A stretch of DNA of 63,888 bases, the filler included, from Reclinomonas americana ATCC 50394 (Eukaryota), in NCBI GenBank assembly GCA_048213135.1. It is 18 parts of 18 records of this genome, joined end to end, with 100 filler letters (N's around TTAATTAATTAA, not from the genome) between each part and the next. Parts side by side here need not be neighbours in the genome. Positions count along the whole stretch, not along the records: positions 1 to 16,649 come from AFZH01023494.1; positions 16,750 to 17,970 come from AFZH01023500.1; positions 18,071 to 19,605 come from AFZH01023501.1; positions 19,706 to 20,779 come from AFZH01023503.1; positions 20,880 to 21,950 come from AFZH01023504.1; positions 22,051 to 30,106 come from AFZH01023505.1; 12 more parts are not named here. One strand, 5' to 3'. Every line of letters starts with the position of its first letter. Position 1 is the stretch's first letter. The translations under genes and the position numbers were made by a program. The notes under the pieces were generated by a model. It saw only the letters and a program-made list of their open reading frames with translations, did no database searches and had not been told where the DNA came from. Below are positions 9,401 to 22,478 of this stretch, piece by piece.

Positions 9401-12400
9401 ACTAGTCTCACGAATGGCACCTACTCTGTGTGGTTCGTTTTGGAGTAGCACTGAAGAAGCAGATTGGGGTTGCTGTCTCTCTACGCTCAATTTATCACGA
9501 TCTTTGTCAGCTCAGACGCCCTTTGTTTGTGTTTTCAGTCTTCTCTTGTTCACCTCGGGTGCTTTCAGAGAAGCAGAATTGGTGCAGTGTTTGTGTGCCA
9601 TCTTGCCATCGCACGATTATTTGTGCTCATGCATCCCCTATCTGCGCTGCTCATTTACTTGGCATCGAATTTGCTGTACTCATCGTCGATATCCCGTCAC
9701 AGCGTTCAATTGACGTATCCGACGGGGGGCGCATACTCTAAAGTCGGCACGACTGAAATTTCCGTTGGTACGTTGATGCCGCCGTGCATCATGAGCGTTT
9801 CCACGTCGTTGCTCATGTACTTGTCGTCCAGTGACTCCGCTGGTAGTTACCGGGTACAGTCCGGCAAGCATCGTCGCGGAGACTGCCGGAGTGCAGATCA
9901 CGATCACCGGTGTTGGTTTGCAGCTGACAGATACCGCCGCGCTCTTCTTGGGCACAAGTGATTTCGTGTCTTGCGACACTGCCACATCGTACTCGCTCAC
10001 GTCGACGTCAGTGGCTGGTGGGTTGCAAAAAGTTGTGACGCTGGACACGAGTTTCCTTCCGAGCTACTATGCCGTCTGGTCAGTCATCCATCTCAATCCG
10101 TGCATTTGCTTTATGTGTCTCCACTGCCCTCTGCTTACATTTCCTGCTCAACAGCTATCACTTTGTGGGTGCACTGGGGTACCCGTATGTCATGGTCCCG
10201 AATTCGGCTCTCGTAGTCGGTATGTCAACAGCTTCCTATCCGTATTTGGAAAACACTGCGGCTTCCGTTCGCTCACCGTTCTTGTGTGATCAGTGTCGAG
10301 TGCCGATGCTTTCACTCCTTCCACCATCACCGGTCAGCTGGCTGGCGCGCTGCTGACCGTTACCGGTCACGGTCTGTTGGCATCGGATAATGTGCAGCTG
10401 ATGCCATCTGGAACGTGTTCGGGGGCGACTGCATATCGTCTCGCAGCGCAGTCGTTTGGCGGAGTGGCGTCGGCTCGTGAGGTTGTCGTGGCGACGACTG
10501 CGGAGAGCTCTGTGCCTGTTGGATCGTTTTATGTGTGGTGAGTGGGGAGGGGAAGGGAAGGGGGTGAAGGGAAGGGATGGGGGTGAAGAGAAGGGAGGGG
10601 AAGGGAGGGGAGGAGAAGGGAGGAGACAGGAGGGGAGGAGACGAGAGGAGACGGGAGGAGAAGAGAAGAAGAAGAAGGAAAGAAAGGAGAAGAGAAGGAG
10701 AAGGGAAGAGAGGAAAAGAGGAGAATGAGTGAGAGAGGGGATGAGAGGAAATAAAGAAACGTAAGAGAAAGGAGAGGGGAAGAACGGAGAGAAGAAAGGA
10801 GGTGAGAGGTGAGATGGAGTGAATAGAAACTGGGACCAATCAGAATGTGCGGTTGTTTCCGTGTGCGAATGCTTGTCCAGTGTGACTGTGTGTGTATACG
10901 TGAGTTAGTGAGCAAGGGCGAGAGAGTGAGACCAGCTCAGCCGGCAGGGATAAAGGAGGTGAAGGAAGGAGGAATGGAGAAGCAGCAGTGAATAGAATGA
11001 GTGAGTTGTAAGATGCGTTATGTGATCAGCGAGACACTGTGGATGAAAGCATGTTTGTTGAGCGAGATGCACGAGATTACGTTGGAATGGAGCCCCATAT
11101 TGCAGAGGATAGTGGATGGACTTTGTAGACTGGAGACATTTGCATCGATTGAATGAGCATTCCTGGTCGTCGGCATGGTTTTCTTGCGTTAAAAGCTCAT
11201 TTTCCTTTCTGTTACTCTCTGCGAGAAGCGAGCTTGCGTCAGCGTATTCCATTCACTCACACTGTGTATTACAGCATTCAATTTGGTGGCCTCGGATCGT
11301 TCACTGCCGTCGCCGGTGGCCAACTTACCGTCTGTGAGTAAGAGCGGAGAGGGCGAAGAGTGCAGAGATCAAAATGAGATGCTCATGTGCTTGTGTTTTC
11401 GGCAGTGCCGTTGCCAACATTTTCATTCCCAACCGTCGCGTCGTCATACACGGTGACAATCGGCAACACGACCACTATTGGTACGGGTCACCCAGCATGT
11501 CATGCTCACTTCCATCATCCTTTTCATTCTCCTGCATCTGTATGTAGTCACTGGTGCAACAACATCGAGCACAATCGGTCTTCGCGTCGGATTGTCCGGA
11601 CAAGTAGTGGTGTTGACGGTGCCAGTGGCCTCATTCCCCTTTGCCACGCCGTCATTTACACTGTTCAAGAACGCCGACTGCCGCGGAAATGTGGCCACCA
11701 TCATCAGCGGCTTCAGCATCGCGTCTGATGGCACGACCTATACCATCACATGGACATTCGACACGACTGGAGAGCCAACACCAACGAAGCAGCAGTTGTG
11801 CCTGTCATCCACTGACCTGGCAGGCTACTTCAGCATGGCGTCTGTATCCATTTGTTGCGTGCATGCTGAAGATTTTTTGCTGTCAAGTTTACTTCTTTTT
11901 CTTCTAACGAGGCGACCTTGCAGATCGTGTCAAGAGCACATCGGCGCCGTCCATATCCCAGGGCATCAAGTCGCAGACGGTGGTCCTGTCGGGTGGTGAC
12001 TTCCCATCGCTGGCTACAAGTGCCGCCAATGGCAGTAATCCAGTCACACCTGGCGGCGCACCACTGGCATTCTTCCTCTCACTCGCCACCGACTGTTCGT
12101 CGATGGACTTGCGGGCGGCTGCCTTTGTGGTCACTGCGGTGTCGCCGACGCGTATTACGGCCACGGTTTCCACCATTTCTGCGGTCTCTCTCGCCTCGTG
12201 CACCCTGGATCCGCCTGGCACGTATCAAATTTGTGGTCGGTGTGTTTAGGAGGGAAAGAGGGAAAAGGAGGGGAGGGAGAAAGAGAGAGGGAGGAGGGGG
12301 AGGGGGGAGGGGAAAGGGAGGGACGACGGCGAAGAAAGAGAGACAGGGGAGAGAGAGCAGTACCGTTGAGAGTGATGTGGGCGAGGGGAAATGGTGAAGG

Positions 12401-15400
12401 AGAATTGGCGTGAGAGTGGATATGTGGTGCAGAAAGAACAAAGCAGTGGGTGACGGGAGGAGAGGTGAAGTAAAGCGGGAGAGGCAGGTGAGCCATGAAG
12501 TAGATTTTCTGTATGTGCGAGAGAAATGGTAGGATGTGAATGAGAGGGTAGCTGTGAGAGGCAAGAGGGCTGAGGAGCAGTAGGGAAAGTGAGTGAGAGG
12601 CTGCAGGTGAGCCACGTATGTACGAGAGATACGCGAGGATGTGAATGAGAGAGCGGCTGTGAGAGGCAAGAGGGCTGATAAGCAATAGGAAAAGTGAGTG
12701 AGAGGCTGCAGGTGGGCCACGTAGGTGCGAGAGATACGCGAGAATGTGAATGAGAGAGCGGTTGCGAGAGGCAAGAGGACCAAGGAGCAATAGGGAAAAT
12801 GATGTAGGGGCTGCAGGTGAGCCACGTTTGTGTGAGAGATACGCGAGGATGTGAATGAGAGGGTAGCTGTGTGAGGCAAGAGGGCTGAGGAACAGTAGGA
12901 AAATGGGCGTGTGAGACTGCGTGCGCGAATGAATGGGAATTTTTGTCATTCTCTTTATGTTCAACGAGAAAAGTGGAAGGATAAGAGAGAATGCGATTGA
13001 TCTATCGACGTTTCACCACCGTCGACTATTCCACTGACAAAATATCTGCGCACAGCTTCCAAGACGGCTCATATGTGCCTCTCGGTGTGCAATTGACCAT
13101 CACGACCGTCACCGACCCCAATGTCGGCTTCATTTCTCCCAAGTCGTTGCCTCTCGGTGTGCCAACTACGTTGGTGTTGCATTCGCCATCGCGTACGCTG
13201 TCGAATTGTACTCGTTTCAAGGTCGTCGACGCTGGATCCGACTGCAATGGTCCGGCTTCGGGGGAGTGCTGATAATGAGAAGATTTTGCGCGGGCGGTGG
13301 GTGGAGGAGATCTTTACTCAGGTTCACCCTCTTTGCATATCTCACTCTCGTCAGCGGCCCTTGCGCTTACGGCCTTCCAAGACGGCGTGTTTGATGCATC
13401 GTCATGCTTCTATGGATCTGTTGCTGGCGGCTGTGGACAGTTCAAGGTGCAGCTCACGAGCTCCAAGGCGGTGTATGCCACGTTCTGTGTGGCAACCACT
13501 CCAGGGGCGACGTACAAGGCGGTGTCGAACAGCGACATTCGTGTTACCTCGGGTATGCTTGTGCAGATGTCGTCGGTGGTGGCCAACCAGGCGGGGACAA
13601 TCGTTGCGTGGTGAAGAGGGAGGGTTAAAAAGGGGAAGAGGGAAGGCGGGTGAAGAGGGAAGGGGGGTGAAGAGGGAAGGCGGGTGAAGAGGGAAGGGAA
13701 GGCGGGTGAAGAGAGAAGGGAGGCGAAGAGGAAAGGGGGTGAAGAGGGAAAGGGGTAAAGATGGTGGGGGAAAAGAGGGAAGAGGGTTAAGAGGGAGGGA
13801 GATAATGGGCGATGTGGAAGGATGTGAGACGAGGAGAAGAGAGGTTAGTTGGGAAGAGGAGGAGGGAAGTGAGTCGAGGAGAAGGGGGGTTTTGAAGGCA
13901 TTTTGCATGGAAGAGACAGAGTGTGAAAGTGTGTTGATGAGACAGCAAGGGAGAGAGAAACAGACTGAAGAATGTCTGTTGAATTTGCGTGTATTACAAG
14001 AGAGGGGAAGGCAGAAGGGAGAAAGGGAACAGATTAGCTTTGGAAGTGTGTGGATGGGAACGCGTTGGGTAGAGTAACAAAGTGAAGTGTGTCCGTGGAG
14101 TGTTTGTGGCGCAAGAGAGGACCGTCAGGGGATGAATAGGTTGTGGTATTGTGCGGATGTGGGTGCAAGCGATTGAGAGAATGAGAGTGCCAAGAATGGA
14201 AAGGAGAAGGAGGAGAAAGGAGACGGATTGGTTGTGGCAGTGAGTGTGTTGATGGAGATGTGAAGGAGAGAGAAATGGAGAGAAGTGTGTCGGTGGAGTT
14301 TGGATGGCAAGAGAAGATCGTCAGAGAGGGGATGGAAAGGATTGGTCATGGTAGATAGTGTGGATGGATGCAAGGAAGAGAGAATCAAAGAGAAATGTAC
14401 TCGAGGAGATTGCGTGTGGCATGCGAAGAGATGCAGAGGTGGGAGGGAAAGGATTTGTTGTGGTAGATACCTTGTAGATGAATGCAAGGGAGAGGAGAAG
14501 AATGTCTGTGTAAATGTGTGTGTGTGACAGAGAGAATCGTCCGATGGGGAAGAAAATGATACGTTGTTAAAGTATGTGTGGATGGATGCAAGGGAGAGGA
14601 GAAGAATGTCTGTGGAAATATATGCGTGTGACAGAGAGAATCGACAGAGGAGGGATGGAGCGGATTGGTTGCGGTTGAGGGTGTACACATGGGAATGCAT
14701 TGGAGAGAGAAACAAAGAGGAGAATGTTTGCGGAGGCTGCTTGTGTGTGTGGCAAGGGAAGATCATCAGACGCGGGAAGGGAAATGATATCTTCTTTGGT
14801 GGTGTGGATGAGAATGCATTGCAGAGATAGTAACAATGAGAAGTGTGGCGTGAATGCAGTGCGTGTGGTAAGAGAGGATCGTCAGAGGTGGGAAGGGAAT
14901 TGCTACTTTGTGACAGTGTGGATGAGAATACATTGGAGAGATAGTAACAGTAAGAAGTGTGCCGTGGAGGCTGTGCGTGTGGCAAGTCAGAGGGGGAAAG
15001 AGATAGAATAGGTTGTGGTAGTGTGTGGATTGGATGCCATTGAGAGGGTTACAAAGCGAGCGCTGTCAATGGAGGTTGATTCTATATGCGAGAGAAAGGT
15101 TGGAGGGAGAAGAGAGGAAGGACAGTTTGTCAATATTTGTGGTATTGTGTGACGACGGTGAGAAGGAGAGAATGAGATGGGCGGAGCGCATCAGTGGAGA
15201 TTGTTCTTGTCCTACGAGAGTGAGAGACCGATTGGGGGGAGGAAAAGATTAGTTGTTTCCCTGTGTGATGTTAATGCACCGCATGAGGGGACTGGTCGTT
15301 GAGGAGGGAAGTGGCTGAGACTTTTAGGAGTGTGTGCTTGGGGATTCAACAGATGAGTGACATAGAGGACTGAAGGTCAACTGTGCGTGCGAGGAGAGGA

Positions 15401-16649
15401 GGTGGGGGACAGAAAGGAAATGTTGAGGTGCTGTTGATGAGATAAACAACAACAAGTGAGTGAGTCAGAGAGTTTATGTGTGAAATAGAGAGGAGTGACG
15501 GAGGAGTGGGTTGGATATCATGGTATTTTCGATCGCATGGTGTCCACAGCTTGCATGCTGACGTTTGCTTCCTGGTTGTGCGACAGATGAGCACTGGCAC
15601 TGGCACTCGCTCCGTGGAGATCACGCACCGCTTTGTGCAATCGTTCCCGGCGATTCCCACTGTGCTCTTTGGCATCTCCGCTCTCTCCAATACGATTGAA
15701 GGCGACACTGACATTCGCTGCGCGCGGCCGTCGGTCACCAATTTTATGCTGACGGTGCAGTGCTCGGCACTCGGCACTGCGCAGTTCGACTCGCTCATTA
15801 CCAGTTTCGTGAGAGAGGTTTAGTTCTCATGCACACTTGCATGAAACTCACGACCTACGTCGCAGATTTCATTGCCATGTACGCGGACCCTGCCGCGACG
15901 TACACACACGACAACGAGTTGCCGCGTCAGAAAGCCGCCAATGAGTGGCTGAGCCTGGCCACCGACAAGAATTTCACCACGGTTTGTTAACGTTGATGCA
16001 AGCAGACCTGTACATGGTCCCTGAACTCATTTGTCGCAACCACGCGGCTGTGTGTGTAGGAGGTGGTGAATGCCCATGCTTTTGGATTCCAGACAATCCC
16101 CTCGATTGCGCTGGCGCTGACGGGTGTGCGGTCCATTCGACTCGATCCGAGTGGCACGGCGCGCAGCGACAACTTTGAGGTGGCCGTCGGTGAGGCGGCG
16201 GCGACCACCTCGCAGGTGTTGATGACGGTGCGCGGCGATAGTCGCGTGCAGGCGTTGGAGCTGCGTTCCATGCTGGTGGGATCGCGGCTGGTGCCGCGTG
16301 ACAATTCCAGTGGCTACGTGATGGTTTCGGGCGGTGAGTTTGTCTGCGAAGATTTGCAGGCAGTTGTGCACGATTACTGACATGGATCACCGTCATGTTG
16401 CACAGAGAGCACGCTGGTGGGAAACACGCCGGTGGTGGTCACCCTCATCAGCCGTCAGTCAACCCGCGGGTTGAAACAGACTGATTTCCACACCGCCGCA
16501 TTCTTGCGTGGATGGAAGACGACCGCACTGGTGGTGCATCGCAGGTCAATCCGTCGATTCTGCCGACAGATGTGGCTCCGCCGCAAGGCAGCGCGTCGAG
16601 TGGAGCGTACGGGCAGCTGACGGTGACGGCGAGTAGTGGGGCAAGAAAA
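6435..16649 (+). CDS. Intron-rich gene for a large extracellular protein with >=8 TIG/IPT-like repeats and C-terminal H-type-lectin-like domains (incomplete at both ends)
   Basis: Repeated long exons (starts ~6578, 7173, 7731, 8245, 8726, 9198, 9832, 10294) encode [FY][ST]PSSI.AET.G..ITVTGHGL...D.V.LV.G..CSG...G.Y.V. Each ends at TG|GT and is followed by a short exon. The exon near 15587 encodes TGTRSVEITHRFVQSFPAIPTVLFGISAL..DIR, and a similar F.TIPSIALALTGV segment lies at ~16060. The exact exon chain was not resolved. Confidence 0.65.
12515..12905. repeat. 105-bp intronic tandem repeat, ~3.7 copies
   Basis: (g/a)atgtgaatgagag recurs at 12533, 12638, 12743 and 12848. Confidence 0.9.
14200..15050. 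repeat. Degenerate intronic tandem repeats
   Basis: Recurrent blocks gtgtggatg(gatgcaagg/agaatgcattg), gaagaatgtctgtg and gtggcaag/gtgacagagagaatcgtc. Confidence 0.6.
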
Positions 16650-16749
16650 NNNNNNNNNNNNNNNNNNNNNNNNNNNNNNNNNNNNNNNNNNNNTTAATTA
16701 ATTAANNNNNNNNNNNNNNNNNNNNNNNNNNNNNNNNNNNNNNNNNNNN
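16650..16749. other. Artificial 100-nt linker N44-TTAATTAATTAA-N44 (first of 17)
   Basis: The same spacer, with stops in all six frames, also starts at 17971, 19606, 20780, 21951, 30107, 32658, 37767, 40717, 46215, 48517, 50102, 53343, 55496, 58227, 59845 and 62250. Confidence 0.97.
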
Positions 16750-17444
16750 TCCCTCTCCCTCTCCATCTCCATCTCCCTTTCCCTTCCCCCTACTCACCGA
16801 CAACACGCAAAGCACTCGCACGAGCGCCACCCGCGTCGTCGTTGTCATTCGCGAAGAAGAGTGAGTCGCATCACGGCACAATTCCAGCAACAGCTGCGAT
16901 GCAGCACGCTTGCAGTTCGCCACCGCGCCATCCAGTGAAATCGACTCGAACGCATCGTGTGTCGCTAAGAGTGACAGTGAGAAACTGCGTGATAGCACGA
17001 CTATTAGGCGGCGACGACGCACCAATCCAATCCGCTCAACAGCAACAGCGCATCGCGGTTGTCATCAGCATCGACGTGCAACTCGCCCTTCCTCCCAACA
17101 AGAGTGATAAATTCGGCGACCAACTGTGCAGCCAGTCGCTCCGCCTGATCCGGTTCGAGATGACCAGAGTTGAGCACGGCTGTGCCGAGGACGGCCCAGT
17201 GCGTTTGCAACACATGACTGCACCAAACAGCAACACTGTTGAGTGTGCGCGCTATTCGCCAAGATCAAACAACACTTACCCGTGGTCATGCAAGTGAGGA
17301 GCGAGCGTGTGGGACCACAGCTTCTTCCGGAGACGGACATCCGCCTCACCACGATTACCGAGCATACCAGCGACCAGCGACAAGATGCATGATTCGTGCC
17401 AGCTTCTGCAAATGAGAGAAAGTGAGAAGGAGACGTTGTGAAAG

Positions 17445-17970
17445 AGGAGCGACAAGGAGAGCAGAGCGACAAGAGGAGCAGAGCGACAGGGAGGAGCACA
17501 GCGACAAGGAGGAGCAGAGCGACAAGGAGGAGCAGAGCGACAAGGAGGAGCAGAGCGACAAAAGGAGCAGAGCGACAGGGAGGAACAGAGCGACAGGGAG
17601 GAACAGAGCGACAGGGAGGAACAGAGCGACAGGGAGAAACAGAGCGACAAGAGGAGCAGAGCGACAACAGGAGCACAGCGACAATAGGAGCAGAGCGACA
17701 AGAGGAGCAGAGCGACAATAGGAGCACAGCGACAACAGGAGCACAGCGACAACAGGAGCACAGCGACAACAGGAGCACAGCGACAACAGGAGCACAGCGA
17801 CAACAGGAGCACAGCGACAACAGGAGCACAGCGACAACAGCAGCACAGCGGCAAGAGGAGCACAGCGGCAAGAGGAGCACAGCGACAAGAGGAGCACAGC
17901 GACAAGAGGAGCACAGCGACAAGGAGAGCACAGCGACAAGAGGAGCAGAGCGACACGACGAGCAGAGCGG
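17445..17970. repeat. 17-18-bp minisatellite (aggagcacagcgacaac / aggagcagagcgacaagg variants)
   Basis: Roughly 30 adjacent units arranged in blocks of variants, running into the linker. Confidence 0.92.
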
Positions 17971-19540
17971 NNNNNNNNNNNNNNNNNNNNNNNNNNNNNN
18001 NNNNNNNNNNNNNNTTAATTAATTAANNNNNNNNNNNNNNNNNNNNNNNNNNNNNNNNNNNNNNNNNNNNCTGCGGCCATCGCGGTGCGCGCCTCGTCAA
18101 CACCCAGCACCGTGCTCCCCAGAGCAAGAGCAGGCGCGAGCCACTCCAATCGCGAATCCGCTGGAGCCTGCACATAGAGTAAGCCAACCGACGCCGCCGT
18201 CGCCGAGGTAAGAGAAACAACATACCTCTTCCACGTGCTTGCCAACTTGGCGCAACAACCACAACTGATACACGCACGGCTGCATGACCAGCAACGACAA
18301 TATTCGACTCTTTCCCGCCGCCGCCTCTGGTGCCTCGTCCTGCGCATCAGCAGTGTCAGCAATGTGGGGCAATACGAGGGAAAAACAACCTCGGTTGCTC
18401 ACCGCGCTCGTGCACTCAAGGCAGTGGGTCACCAATCGCTTCGACAGCGATGTATTCAAAGTCTGCGACGCGCCGACTCGATGCAGTGCGTCAAGCGGGT
18501 CCGACAATGACGCCTGCAGTGTGGCGACGAGCACCGAGTGGCATTCGACTCGCACGCGACTAAACGAGCGATTCTCAATGGCCACCACAGTTGCCGGGAG
18601 CAAGAGCGGGGCGACGACAATGTGCACCACGGCCGCCAGCGATGAAGAGGAGGAGTCGCCTTGGAGAGCCAGCTTGAGCGCTTGTTGAATGACATCTGCG
18701 TGGGAGTAGAGAGGGAGAGTGAGGGAGAAAAGGGGAAGAGGGAGAAGAGAAACAAAGAGTGAACAACAGGCAAGAGAAATTGATTGAAGAATGGCAGAGA
18801 GAGAGAGAGAGAGAGTGAGAGAGTGAGAGAGAAATACTGAGAATCGAATGAGAAAAGGGAGAGAGAAATGACGAGAGGAAAAGAAAGAAAAAATGTGGAT
18901 TCGAAAGAGTGAAGAGAACAGTTATTGACAGCGATGAACGAGAACAAGCGCATATTGAGAGAGATAAGGAAGAAGCAGCAAAAAGAAGAAGACGAGATTC
19001 AGAGATAGAAAGAGTGCAACATGAGAACAAGTCGAGGCTTTCATGCTGGGATGTAGTCTAACACTTCCCCTTCCGTGTGCGCACCTGAGGCAACAGGCAG
19101 TGCACGGCTCGTGGGTGCAAGTAAGCGAAGTGTACGCTCCAGCAGCTGCATGAGCTGCTCGTGATGCTGCTGGAATGCTTCAGAGCACAGCAAGTGCAGC
19201 AGCGAATCAAAGATAAGAGGATGGAAGTGCTCCGTGATTCGCCCGTGGAGGTGCATAATGAAAATCATCATCTGCGACAAGCAGTGAATGCGGAGACAGG
19301 ACGGGCAAGTGACGACTCCAAACAAATTACCTCCTTGGGTTTGACAGCCATCAGCTCGACCACCGCTTGTTGTGTGGCGGTCCATGCATTCGTCACGGCG
19401 TGCTGCAGAATGGCGGGCACGCTCGTGGCCCACACGAGCACGGCCTCCCACCACTCAGAGACCTCTGCGGAGACGGGTGAGGTCCGAGAAGAGACGAGTG
19501 CACAATAGAGACAATAGAGAGAGGACGTGAGGAGAGAGAT

Positions 19541-19584
<44 letters not shown>

Positions 19585-21689
19585 AACAAGTAGAATAGAG
19601 AGAGANNNNNNNNNNNNNNNNNNNNNNNNNNNNNNNNNNNNNNNNNNNNTTAATTAATTAANNNNNNNNNNNNNNNNNNNNNNNNNNNNNNNNNNNNNNN
19701 NNNNNGAGAGAGAGAGAGAGAGAGAGAGCAAGAAAATGCGTGCATATATAGTGCGAGAGATTGATCGAATGCAGACAATACGTCGGTGTCTGTGTGCGAT
19801 CAAGGACACGAGGCGCGTTATCGCGTGAAACGAGTGGCAGCGAGTGGAGAGCAGAGTGTGAAGGAGAGAGACTGAGAGGTGGGGGAGGAAGTAAAATCCC
19901 GCATGCAGTGAATGAGATTGCTTCTCAAATAGGGGTGTGTGTGTGTGTGTGTGGCCGGCGGAGAGGAGAACATGCAGATACCACGCACACACTCACTGCA
20001 TAACACTTTCATGCAGCGCCAGCGCCAGATGCAGAACAACACGACAAACTGCATACAAAATCAGTCGATCTGATGCATTCTTTCCGACTGAACATATCCA
20101 ACCATTTACGACTTCTTCTGCCATGGCAATGTGCCAGGAATGCTGCGCTGCACGTGCTGGTGCATCCCCTATCAGTACCACCGTTCGCGCTGCCTTTCTA
20201 GTCACTGTGACACAAATTAACAAGAAATGCTGACGCAGTTCACATGGAATTGCAGCTGAGAATCGATGCCGAGAAGCATTCTCCAGCGCGCAGCCGGAAT
20301 AGCAGCTCGTTTAACTCTAGAACCACGCCAGTGATGACAACGATGGGTTCTACGCTGTTCCCTAGGTACATTTGCCAAAATATCTCGCTCGTTCGTCAAG
20401 AATGAAGCAACTTCGGCGTCCTGTGTGTCCCACAAGGAACTCGTTAAATGCGCATGCTTGCGACCTCTGGCCACCATGACCATCAAGAGTGATGCAAACA
20501 GTAGTCGCAGGCGTGTGCTCTTGACAGTAGCCTGAGAAAAAGAGGCCGAGCCGTGCAGTTCTTGTCTACTTTAGGCACTGCCTATTTTCACAAGCGTGCA
20601 AGTCGGCGACTGCCCTAAACCGAACACGACTCGCACCACACGGTGTCAAAACACGAGTCGTGTGGTTTAGGGCGACGCCCAAAACACAAGCTTGCACATC
20701 TGCGTCACAGACAAGGGTGAAGAGAGAAAGAGAGAAAAGTCACCGACAACACGCATGCAAATTAGGGCGATGGAAAAAANNNNNNNNNNNNNNNNNNNNN
20801 NNNNNNNNNNNNNNNNNNNNNNNTTAATTAATTAANNNNNNNNNNNNNNNNNNNNNNNNNNNNNNNNNNNNNNNNNNNNTACAAGCGTGCGCACAAACAC
20901 GCTGTGATGGAAGTGTTGAGCTGCGGAACACGAAGTCGAGGACAATCCATAACTATAGTGTCCTCTCCTTCAGTTCCTTGCTTCTGTAGGCTTCCTCTCT
21001 TACGAGAGCAAGCCACCTGGTTGGCACTTCCGTGGTGGCCCACCCACCCACCCGAATGTGTGTATGTTGACGGATGGTCACTGTGGAGCCGATTACCGCG
21101 GTGCACCGAGTGCTGTTTTGAGATGGCGGGATTATCGTAGGTTTCATTGAGGAGGTGGCCTCGGACTTGGGGAGCACTACAGCAGGCGTGGGGAGCTAGC
21201 GCCAATATCGGCGTGTATCCTCTGCTGCTGGTAGTGTGTTGGAGATGGTGGTGGGCGTGTGCAGTGGACGGACTGCTGTGACGCAGCGGGTTGTGCAAGC
21301 GACTGGTGGTACGTGCGAGAATGATGGCACAAGTGGAACGAGTACGCTGCTGTACCTGTGTGTGGCGTCCGAGGGCCAGCGTGTGTGCGGTGGATGCGTT
21401 GGCGTTGTTAGCCAAGTGCCGAGTGCGGTCTGGAGACGGTTTATTGCGCCGTACTTGCGGGTCCGGAGTAGCCGGTTGCCAGGCGTAGCTCATTGATCGA
21501 CTCCGGCCAGGACGGCTTTACCGTGGATCGGCACTGGCGGAACGAGAATCGGCGCGCGAGGGCTTGATGTCGGTGCGGTTGCGAGTGTGCTCCAGCGGTG
21601 AGCACACACGCTCGAGGGAGGGTTTTGCTGGTCACATTGCTTGACCGGCCCCTCTCGAGGCCCGATCTAAGCGAAGGCATGTAAAATAA

Positions 21690-21950
21690 ATGCCGTTCTT
21701 CGCGGCATGCAAGGATGGCTTCCACACCAAGATCATGCATCAGGTGATCGGCGTTCCCCAAGGCGACGTGTTGAGTCCGTTCATCTTCAACCTCGTGGCC
21801 TCCATCTTCATCCGCCGCGTCAAGCAGCTGGAAGTCGGATACCGCTTTGCCAAGGATCCCTCCATCTGTGTTCACGTATCCGCCTTTGCTGATGATCGCC
21901 ACGTGTGTCTCTCATCGGTGCAACAAGCGCAGATGGTCCTGGACGAGTCA
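21690..21950 (+). mobile_element. Non-LTR retrotransposon reverse transcriptase fragment
   Basis: GVPQGDVLSPFIFNL and SAFADD motifs. Truncated by the linker, with no open frame upstream. Confidence 0.85.
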
Positions 21951-22478
21951 NNNNNNNNNNNNNNNNNNNNNNNNNNNNNNNNNNNNNNNNNNNNTTAATT
22001 AATTAANNNNNNNNNNNNNNNNNNNNNNNNNNNNNNNNNNNNNNNNNNNNGAATGAAGTGTTTTGTTTGTTAAAGTCAAACTATAAGTCAGAGGTGATTG
22101 CCGAAAACCACATGATGCAGCACCGGAAAAACAAAAGCACCACCATAAGCAAACGCTAGCTGCGCCTAACTTTTTTCGCGTTTTTTAGGCGCTGCCATGG
22201 GGAGGTAACAAGTCCTCTAACATCTTGAATTTCCCTCCATTCCATCCGTTGCATTCTCCTTCCTGTCTTTTCTTTCTTCTATTCTTATTGCCTCCCTTTC
22301 CCTGGTCATCGTCATCGACTCTCACCTCCGTGTTCTTGGGAGTGTGAGCGTCGTCTATGTGCGCGTATTCTTGCTCATTTTATCGTGGTTTGTCATGTAT
22401 ATCTCTGCATCCTCCATCCGTGTGTGATTGTCTCACTTCTTCTCTTCGTAGTCACACTCGGTAATATACATTGTGCTG

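Noticed and set aside
16694..16705. Recurrent TTAATTAATTAA palindromes as biological sites
   Set aside because: Always centred in an exact 100-nt N block; an artificial six-frame-stop linker.
17445..17970. CRISPR-like array or repetitive protein ORFs
   Set aside because: Units are directly adjacent with no unique spacers, the context is eukaryotic, and ORFs in several frames are a by-product of the minisatellite.
18071..21500. Short ORFs in the small segments as genes
   Set aside because: No recognisable motifs or consistent splice chain. Possibly decayed retroelement sequence, but I cannot support a call.
21690..21950. Reverse transcriptase as a diversity-generating retroelement acting on the WD40 repeats
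   Set aside because: The motifs are non-LTR retrotransposon type, both RT pieces are fragmentary, and I saw no template/variable repeat pair with adenine-specific differences.
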